Shown one piece after another: positions 57,445 to 64,000 of a stretch of 64,000 nt of DNA. Position numbers and translations under genes: made by a program. Position 1 is the first letter of the stretch; each line of letters starts with the position of its first letter. The notes below the pieces were generated by a model. It saw only the letters and a list, made by a program, of their open reading frames with translations. It had not been told where the DNA came from and searched no databases. Source of the DNA: Acidobacteriota bacterium (GTDB taxonomy: Bacteria; Acidobacteriota; UBA890; WLXD01); assembly GCA_965248695.1 (NCBI GenBank), contig CBDFKD010000002.1, forward strand, positions 3,840,001-3,904,000. Direction: 5' to 3'.

Positions 57445-59763
57445 ATGCTATTTGTGACTGACTTGAAACGGTGCTCGCGGCTGATCTGCGCGCCGATCCT
57501 TGTCGCTGGGTGCGGGCTGCTGTTGGCCACCAACAGCGTGCTGGCGTCCACTCACGACGAGCCCGCGCCGGCGCCTAGCCCGACGCCGCAACAGCGCCAG
57601 ATCCCCGTGCGAATGATCGGCGGTCAGGCGCCGATTGAGCGGCAGACCGACAAGAACGCAACCGCGACGTGGACCGAGGAGGCGCCGATCCTCGACGGGC
57701 GCCTGGATGAGGCGGTCTGGGCGACGGCTGTGGTTATCAGCGACTTCCGGCAGCGAGAGCCGCAGGAAGGTGGGGAGCCTACCGAGCTCACTGAAGCCAG
57801 GGTTCTGTACGACGACGACAACCTGTATTTCGGCTTCGTGCTGCACGACAGCAACCCCGACGGCATCCGCGCCACGCAGCTGCGCAGAGACAGCATCAGC
57901 ATCGGCAGCTTCGGAAGCCGCTTGATCGACTCCGACGAATCGGACGATACCGTTGCCGTGATCCTCGATACGTTCAGCGACCAGCGCAACGCGTTCCTGT
58001 TCGCAGTCAACGCGCTGGGCACCAAGTTCGACGCCACCGTTCGCGGCGAGAGCCTGGTCAATGCCAACTGGGACGAGCGCTGGGACTCCGCGGCACAGAT
58101 CACGGAGCGCGGCTGGGAGGCCGAGATCGCGATCCCCTGGTCGATCCTGCGGTACACGACTTCCGGAGCCGGATGGGGAATGGACATTCGGCGCGACATT
58201 AGGCGCAAGAACGAAGAGGTCGTGTGGGCCAACTACTCGCGCGACTTCGAGTTCATCGCAGTCTCGCGTGCCGGCCGGCTGGTGGGCCTCCGAGGTCTCC
58301 GCCTGAGAGAGCGCTTTCGGATCAAGCCATACGTCACCGGAACCTGGGACTCGTTCGAGCGCCGTCCGATCCCGTTCGAGGACACGCGCTCGGATTGGGG
58401 AATCGAGGACTTCAAGATCAAGCTGACCTCGACGCTGACCTCGCAGCTCACATACAACACGGATTTCGCGCAGGTCGAGGTCGACGACCAGCGGGTCAAC
58501 CTGACGCGTGACGCGCTCTTTTTTCAGGAGAAGCGCGAGTTCTTCCTCGAGGCCGCCAACAACTTCGCCTTCGGTCCTACACGCCGCGGCGCTTTCGGAC
58601 CGCCGATCCTGCGTATGTTCCACTCGCGCAACATCGGACTGGACGACTCCGGTCGCCCATTGCCGATCGATTACGGCGCCAAGATCACTGGCAAGATCGG
58701 TGGCGGCAACGTCGGCTTGTTGAACGTGCAGACGAACGACTCGGCATTCGGGGAGGGGAGCAACTACTCAGTGGCGCGCTGGCGCCAGGACGTCCTGGCG
58801 CGCTCGAGCATCGGAGTAATCGGTATCAATGTTGAAGGGCAGGGCGACGACTTCAACCGTGTGTACGGCGCTGACGCAAGCTTCCAGTTCGGCAACTTGA
58901 ACCTGGCGGGTTTCGCGGCACAGTCGGAAGGTGGCTTCGAGGAGCGCTCGTTGGCTTGGCGTGGTCGTTTCGACTACAACAGCGATCTGTTCGAGGTGGT
59001 CGCCGACGTTACCCACATCGACCCGGAGTTCCGCAACGACCTTGGCTTCATCCTGCGTCGTAACATCCTCTACCAGCGCTACGACGCCCAGCTGAAGCCA
59101 CGACCGGCCGGAATCCCGTGGCTGCGGCAGCTGCCGTTCGTGGCGCACCACCAGACGTTCCACGATCTCGATGGCCGGCTGATCTCGCGCCGACAGTTCG
59201 TCGACACGAGGCCGCTGCTGGAGTCGGGTGACAGCTTCATCATCAGCTACGAGCGCAATTTCGAGCGCCTCGACTTCCCGTTCCAGATCCACCCCGACGT
59301 CGCCATACCACCGGGCGAGTACACCTTCGGGCAGCTATTCTTCGGATTCTTCTCCAACGCCTCGCGGCGGGTGAGCTTGAACGGGTTTCTGGAGATGGGT
59401 GACTTCTACGACGGCGACCGCATCTCGGCAACGCCGCAGATGGCGATTCGCTTCAGCGAGAACTTCACCCTGCGCCCGGAGTTCAGCTACAACAAGGTGA
59501 ACGTGTCGACCGGGTCGTTCACCAGCAACATCGCGCGCGTGCGTGCCGAGGTATCGTTCTCCGACCGAGTGCTCACCGATGCGCTGGCGCAGTACAACAC
59601 GGTCAGCGACGAGTTCGAGATGTTCGCGCGGCTCCGCTACATCTATCGGATCGGCGACGATTTCTACCTCGTCTACCGGCAGGCACGGCGCTATAACGGC
59701 GGGTTCGTGGGCCCGATCGACCAGTCGCTGATCGCCAAGCTGACGTTCTCCTTCGGCTTCTAG
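57445..59763 (+). CDS. Carbohydrate-binding family 9-like / DUF5916 outer-membrane protein
   Basis: LDGRLDEAVW, F.QREP..G, GWEAEIAIPW, NTDFAQVEVD...NL.R..LFF.EKREFFLE; C-terminal aromatic residue. Start uncertain. Confidence 0.85.
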   Translation: MLFVTDLKRCSRLICAPILVAGCGLLLATNSVLASTHDEPAPAPSPTPQQRQIPVRMIGGQAPIERQTDKNATATWTEEAPILDGRLDEAVWATAVVISDFRQREPQEGGEPTELTEARVLYDDDNLYFGFVLHDSNPDGIRATQLRRDSISIGSFGSRLIDSDESDDTVAVILDTFSDQRNAFLFAVNALGTKFDATVRGESLVNANWDERWDSAAQITERGWEAEIAIPWSILRYTTSGAGWGMDIRRDIRRKNEEVVWANYSRDFEFIAVSRAGRLVGLRGLRLRERFRIKPYVTGTWDSFERRPIPFEDTRSDWGIEDFKIKLTSTLTSQLTYNTDFAQVEVDDQRVNLTRDALFFQEKREFFLEAANNFAFGPTRRGAFGPPILRMFHSRNIGLDDSGRPLPIDYGAKITGKIGGGNVGLLNVQTNDSAFGEGSNYSVARWRQDVLARSSIGVIGINVEGQGDDFNRVYGADASFQFGNLNLAGFAAQSEGGFEERSLAWRGRFDYNSDLFEVVADVTHIDPEFRNDLGFILRRNILYQRYDAQLKPRPAGIPWLRQLPFVAHHQTFHDLDGRLISRRQFVDTRPLLESGDSFIISYERNFERLDFPFQIHPDVAIPPGEYTFGQLFFGFFSNASRRVSLNGFLEMGDFYDGDRISATPQMAIRFSENFTLRPEFSYNKVNVSTGSFTSNIARVRAEVSFSDRVLTDALAQYNTVSDEFEMFARLRYIYRIGDDFYLVYRQARRYNGGFVGPIDQSLIAKLTFSFGF

Positions 59764-59783
59764 TGGCCGGTCACAGGCCACTA
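59760..59783. repeat. Palindrome on a TAG stop codon (short repeat family, copy B)
   Basis: C-TAGTGGCC-GGTCACA-GGCCACTA, an 8-bp stem. Confidence 0.7.
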
Positions 59784-59914
59784 TTTGTCGGGCGTAGCAC
59801 TAGTTCCGCGTCGAGGACGCCAGGCCGGCGAACAGCGGTTGGCCCTGTCTGGCCGCCTGACCTGCTATATCTCCTGCTCGAGAAAACCTCGCCATTTCTT
59901 GCCGGAGTAAGCCC

Positions 59915-61279
59915 ATGAGCGCCGCTGACTTGTATCCGATCTGCCGACGGCAGTCTTTCGCGCTCGTCGGAGCGTTGCTGGGATTGCTGGTGGGGCCCGC
60001 CACGGCCGGCGCGCAGGGGCCGGTGGCTCTGGTCGCGGACCGGCTGATTGACGGCCGAGGCTCCGATGCCCGCACCGGAGTCGTGGTGGTGGTGGAAGGC
60101 GAACGGATCACTGCGGTCGGGGGCCGCGAGGTGATCCCCGCCGGTGCCCGCCTGTTGGAGCTGCCCGGCGCGACGCTCATGCCCGGGATGATCAACAATC
60201 ACGAGCATCCCCTGATGTATGGCGACGACTATCAGAACGCCCATCTGCAGGGCTCTTCGGCCTACAAGGCTCTGATGGGGCTGGCGGCGGTGCAGCGGTA
60301 TCTGCTGGCCGGCTGGACCGGCGTGCGGGTCATGGGCGACGCCGATGTCTTCTACGCCAATCAGGATCTCCGGCGGGCGATCGAAGAGGGGATCTTCATC
60401 GGACCTCGAATGGCCGGCGCCGGGCACTACATCTCGATCACCGGCGGAGGCGGCGACGTCAACTTCCTATCTCCCGAGCAGCCGGTAGTGGCCGATGGTC
60501 TGGTGGTCGACGGGCCCGAGGAGGTCCGCAAGGCGGTGCGGCGGGAAGTGAAGTACGGCTCGGACTGGATCAAGCTGCTCGTCACAGGCGCCTACCAGTC
60601 GGTCGGCGACGACCCGCGGAACGTCGCCTTCAGCCCTGAAGAGCTGCGCGCCGCGGTCCAGGAGGCGGGTCGGCTGGGCGTTCCGGTTGCCGCCCATGCG
60701 CACGCCACCGACGGCATCAAGCAGGCCGTACGCGCCGGTGTACGCTCGATCGAGCACGGCACGTTTCTCGACGACGAGGCGATCGCGCTCATGGTCGAGC
60801 GGGGCACCTTCCTGGTGCCGACGATCTACATTGGCGACTACTACGAGGGCACCGACCTGCTGCTGGCACAGGAGAAGAACGACCAATACACGGAGAACGA
60901 TCGCCCCGTATTTCTAGCCGCCCTTGGCCGGGCGCACGCGGCGGGTGTGAGGATCGCCGTTGGTATCGACCTCGGCGGCATCTCTGTTCCGGCGGAGGTT
61001 TTCGCCCGCGAGTTTGCCGTGCTGACCGAAGCGGGCCTCTCACCGATGGACGCGATTCAGGCCGGTACCCGCGTTGGCGCGGAGCTCCTGGGCTGGGACG
61101 ATCTCGGGACGATCGAGCCCGGCAAGCTCGCCGACATCATCGCCGTGCCGGGAAATCCACTCGACGACTTGAGCGCTCTGGAACGCGTATCTTTCGTTAT
61201 GCTGGGCGGCAGGGTGGTCAAGCGTCTGGATTCGTCGGCGTCGCTTGCCGGGATTCTGCCGGGGCGCGAAAGTCAGTAA
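59915..61279 (+). CDS. Amidohydrolase (Xaa-Pro dipeptidase-like, metal-dependent), exported
   Basis: PGMINNHEH, SITGGGGD, DWIKL, VAAHAH, SIEHG, GID, GTIEPGKLADII. Confidence 0.88.
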   Translation: MSAADLYPICRRQSFALVGALLGLLVGPATAGAQGPVALVADRLIDGRGSDARTGVVVVVEGERITAVGGREVIPAGARLLELPGATLMPGMINNHEHPLMYGDDYQNAHLQGSSAYKALMGLAAVQRYLLAGWTGVRVMGDADVFYANQDLRRAIEEGIFIGPRMAGAGHYISITGGGGDVNFLSPEQPVVADGLVVDGPEEVRKAVRREVKYGSDWIKLLVTGAYQSVGDDPRNVAFSPEELRAAVQEAGRLGVPVAAHAHATDGIKQAVRAGVRSIEHGTFLDDEAIALMVERGTFLVPTIYIGDYYEGTDLLLAQEKNDQYTENDRPVFLAALGRAHAAGVRIAVGIDLGGISVPAEVFAREFAVLTEAGLSPMDAIQAGTRVGAELLGWDDLGTIEPGKLADIIAVPGNPLDDLSALERVSFVMLGGRVVKRLDSSASLAGILPGRESQ

Positions 61280-61312
61280 GAGTCGCCCCGGCCCACAACC
61301 TCCGGGGGACTG

Positions 61313-61832
61313 ATGGCGATCTTCGCTCGGCCGTAAGACAGCGGCGTGCACGGCGCTCGTACTCGCACTCACGCTGACGCTGCTCGCCCAGCAGGCATGG
61401 GCATTTCGCATTTACTGGACTGGCAACAACAGCGCCCAGGAGTCTGCAGCGGCAACGACGCTGGACCTCGGCGTCGATCACACCGGCAACAACGTTGGCA
61501 CGGCGTGGGTCGTCGAGGTCAAGAAACCGGGCCCGGGCGTGATCATCTTCAACGCTGAGTGCGCGGTGGACGGTAGCAACAGCGACTGGGTCGAGATCGA
61601 CATCCTCGTTGACGGCGTCGCCGTGGGGCCGAGCGCCAGCGACAACGCCTTCTGCACCGGTCACACCACAGGCAGCGGTTTCGCAGATACCTGGGTGAGC
61701 GCGAGCACCGTTGTCCCGATGGATTTCGAGCCGGGGAATCACACGATCGAGGTACTGGCGTTCCTCGGCAACGCCGGCACAAGTTGGCGAATCGATGACC
61801 TGTCGTTAACGGTCATGCTTCAGAAGAGGTAG
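61313..61832 (+). CDS. Exported beta-rich hypothetical protein with a 1-nt frameshift at ~61321
   Basis: Removing one T gives MAISLGRKTAACTALVLALTLTLLAQQAWA/FRIYW..., continuous with the 61539-61832 ORF. Confidence 0.55.
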
Positions 61833-61843
61833 GCCCGCGACCG

Positions 61844-61898
61844 GCCGCTCCAGTAGTCGGGCGAGGTCCGATTGACCGGGCCCGCCCGGAGCGGCTTT
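61844..61898. terminator. Long imperfect hairpin between convergent genes
   Basis: GCCGCTCC...GGAGCGGC outer stem enclosing CGGGCG...CGCCCG, followed by TTT. Confidence 0.4.
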
Positions 61899-61978
61899 GG
61901 TCCCGGCGCCCGATCCCACCGTACCTCCGCCAACCGCCGGGCATGGCGCGCTCGGGCGCTCGAGTTACGTAAATGATG

Positions 61979-63478
61979 TCAATCCGCCAGCAAGCTCATT
62001 ACCCGGTTCCTGGATAGCAGCATCCCGACAGCCGCGATTGCGGTGGCCGCGGCGATGCCGAGATAGACGGCCAAGATGCCGAACGGCTCGGCGAGGGCTC
62101 CGATCTGCCCGGATACCCAGACGCCGACGCCGACGAACGCGATCCACACGCCCATCATCGTGCTCGAGAGCCTTTCCGGCGCCTCGCGGCTGACGAATCC
62201 CTGACCGGTCGGGAGCACAGCCATCTGTCCGAACGTGATTACCCAGTAGTAGGCCAGCGGCCAGAAGAGACTCGTCTTGACCGTGAGATCGCCTTCACGG
62301 GCTGGGAGTGTCATCGACATGATCAGAAACGCGGTCGATGTGAGGAAGAGCCCGATGGCGATCTTGGTCGGTGCGTCCAGCTTGCGACCGCGGCCCTCGA
62401 GGCGGCTCCATATGGCCAGCATGATCGGTCCGACGATGATCACGAAGAGTGCCTGTGCCGAGTGGATCCACAGCGTCGGGATCTCGAACCCGGCGATGAC
62501 ACGGTCGCTGGTGTTCTGCACGTACAGGCTGAACGAGCCGCCCCACTGCTCGAAGGCGGCGATGAATACGAAGTACGCCAGGCACAGCGAGCAGATTGCC
62601 GTGACTCGACGGCGCTCGCCGCGCGTGAGCGCAAATAGGGGTCGACCGCCGCCGGGCTGTCTCGAAGCTTCCGGAACCTTCGAGACCGGCAGCTGGACGC
62701 GGGTCAGCACAATCGCCGACAGGGCCATCATCACGCCCGTCGATGCCAGGCCCTCCACCCAGCCCATGCGGCTCGCGATGGTGCCGGAAATCAGTGCACC
62801 GATGATGAAGCCGAGCATGGCGGCCATGAACAACAGCGTGTATCCGCCCTCGCGCTTGGCGCTCGACCCCTCGTACAGAGGTCCGACCATCGCGGCCAGC
62901 GTCGGGACCTGGAGTCCGTACCCGATGATGAACACCAACAGGGAGCCATAGAACGCCAGCGTCATCGCTCCGTACGCAGCCTCGACGGCCGATTGCAGCG
63001 CGGCAGCGCCGGCGGCGCTGGTGGCCAGGCTGGCGACTGCCTCCGCGATGCGCCCGGACTGTGCCTCGTCGAGAGTCAGTCGCGCGATTGGAACCTCGGC
63101 GTCCAGCAGCACTTGCCGGACCGGCGCGTCGTAGAACGAGCCGACGAGCGCCGGGATCGTGCCGACGCCGGCAAGGACGAAGATGGGGACGGTCTGTAGC
63201 CACATGCCCAGGATCGCAGCCCGACGCTTGCCGATGAACGCGTCGGCGATCCAGCCGCCGATCAACGGCGAGGACTGGACCAGGCCGGTGAACAGCCCGT
63301 ACAGGCGTACGGCCTCGGCGCCGGTCCACCCATATCCGTAGTCTCGCGGCGTCGCGGTGATGAATAGCACCAGATGGCCGATCAAGCCGGCGTAGGCGGC
63401 GACATGCCACAGCGATACGTGCGCCAACGTGTAGATCTGGCGCGGATGATCGAAGAAACCGTCGGTACGCGGCATCAT
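61979..63478 (-). CDS. POT/PTR family (MFS) oligopeptide transporter, divergent
   Basis: FFDHPR, LYGLFTGLV...PLIGGWIAD.FIG.RRA, MVG.LY...KREGGYTL, AFEQ.GGS, EIPT.W..S, EAPERLSSTMMGVW. Confidence 0.85.
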   Translation of the reverse strand: MMPRTDGFFDHPRQIYTLAHVSLWHVAAYAGLIGHLVLFITATPRDYGYGWTGAEAVRLYGLFTGLVQSSPLIGGWIADAFIGKRRAAILGMWLQTVPIFVLAGVGTIPALVGSFYDAPVRQVLLDAEVPIARLTLDEAQSGRIAEAVASLATSAAGAAALQSAVEAAYGAMTLAFYGSLLVFIIGYGLQVPTLAAMVGPLYEGSSAKREGGYTLLFMAAMLGFIIGALISGTIASRMGWVEGLASTGVMMALSAIVLTRVQLPVSKVPEASRQPGGGRPLFALTRGERRRVTAICSLCLAYFVFIAAFEQWGGSFSLYVQNTSDRVIAGFEIPTLWIHSAQALFVIIVGPIMLAIWSRLEGRGRKLDAPTKIAIGLFLTSTAFLIMSMTLPAREGDLTVKTSLFWPLAYYWVITFGQMAVLPTGQGFVSREAPERLSSTMMGVWIAFVGVGVWVSGQIGALAEPFGILAVYLGIAAATAIAAVGMLLSRNRVMSLLAD

Positions 63479-63582
63479 TGCCCAGGCTAGCGGACAGGGC
63501 TTCAGAGCCGCGATACTGTGCCATGGAACTGGGTCCGAGTTGGCGAACACGACGAGGTACAACGTTGAGCAGGGAACGAGCA

Positions 63583-64000
63583 ATGGGGGTTCGAGCGGCG
63601 ATCCTGGTAGCCGGGCTCGCGCTCATGGGTGCGCATGTCGGACATCCCGCGACCGTGGCACCGACCGACTGGCCCCAGTGGCGCGGCCCCGCGGGCACGC
63701 GGGTCGCCGACGGGATCGCGCTACCGGTGTCCTGGAGTGATGACGAGAACGTCGCCTGGAAGGTGCCCCTGCGCGGCCTGGGGGTCTCCTCGCCGATCGT
63801 CTGGGGCGATCAGGTGTTCGTTACCTATCAGGTCGGGCGTGTACCGCGTCGGGGCGGCTCGCATCCGACGCTGTCACGGGGCGACGCCGGTAGCGGCGAC
63901 CTCTTGATGAGAGAAGCCTCGGGGGAAGTCGGTAGCCGTGTTTCCTTCGTCGTGGCGTCGTTCCATCGGCACGACGGGCGGCTGCTATGGGAGCGCCAGA
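63583..64000 (+). CDS. PQQ-like beta-propeller (BamB-like) protein, partial
   Basis: Signal peptide, then DWPQWRGP...LPVSWS..ENVAWKVPL.G.G.SSPIVWGDQVFVT; open to the window end. Confidence 0.85.
   Translation, partial: MGVRAAILVAGLALMGAHVGHPATVAPTDWPQWRGPAGTRVADGIALPVSWSDDENVAWKVPLRGLGVSSPIVWGDQVFVTYQVGRVPRRGGSHPTLSRGDAGSGDLLMREASGEVGSRVSFVVASFHRHDGRLLWERQ

Noticed and set aside
1-64000. CRISPR array, tRNA, rRNA, retron/RT or known defence operon
   Set aside because: No regularly spaced repeat-spacer array, cloverleaf or rRNA-like segment seen, and no RT or Cas motifs in the ORF track.

Overview
High-GC bacterial chromosomal DNA. The gene content points to an Acidobacteria/Gemmatimonadota-like organism (inference): a Ser/Thr kinase-PD40 fusion ending VLNWFEELKRL, VPS10-like and DUF5916 proteins, and many exported peptidases and amidohydrolases. 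Bases 1-6542 are a phage-derived integrated segment: an IS3 (IS407-group) element inserted in hicA, then hicB, a Xis-like HTH gene, terL, a hairpin-rich 390-bp non-coding spacer, terS, two orphan DNA methyltransferases and an att-like end. That end is fused to the 3' half of a TrkA/RCK potassium-channel gene. The remaining ~57 kb is mostly exported amide, peptide and polyamine catabolic enzymes, transporters, two Mo-enzymes, two intact TA pairs, two gene remnants (vapC, glcB) and proC. The most notable unexplained signals are: (i) a family of ~25-bp TAGTGGCCTG...CAGGCCACTA palindromes sitting exactly on TAG stop codons; (ii) the structured terS-terL spacer; (iii) the att/K-channel junction; (iv) a POT transporter lacking its proton-coupling residues; (v) a signal-peptide-bearing DMFase-like enzyme. 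Five genes carry single-base insertions in short homopolymers, most likely long-read errors. No CRISPR array, tRNA or rRNA was seen. All family assignments come from motif recognition, not database searches.
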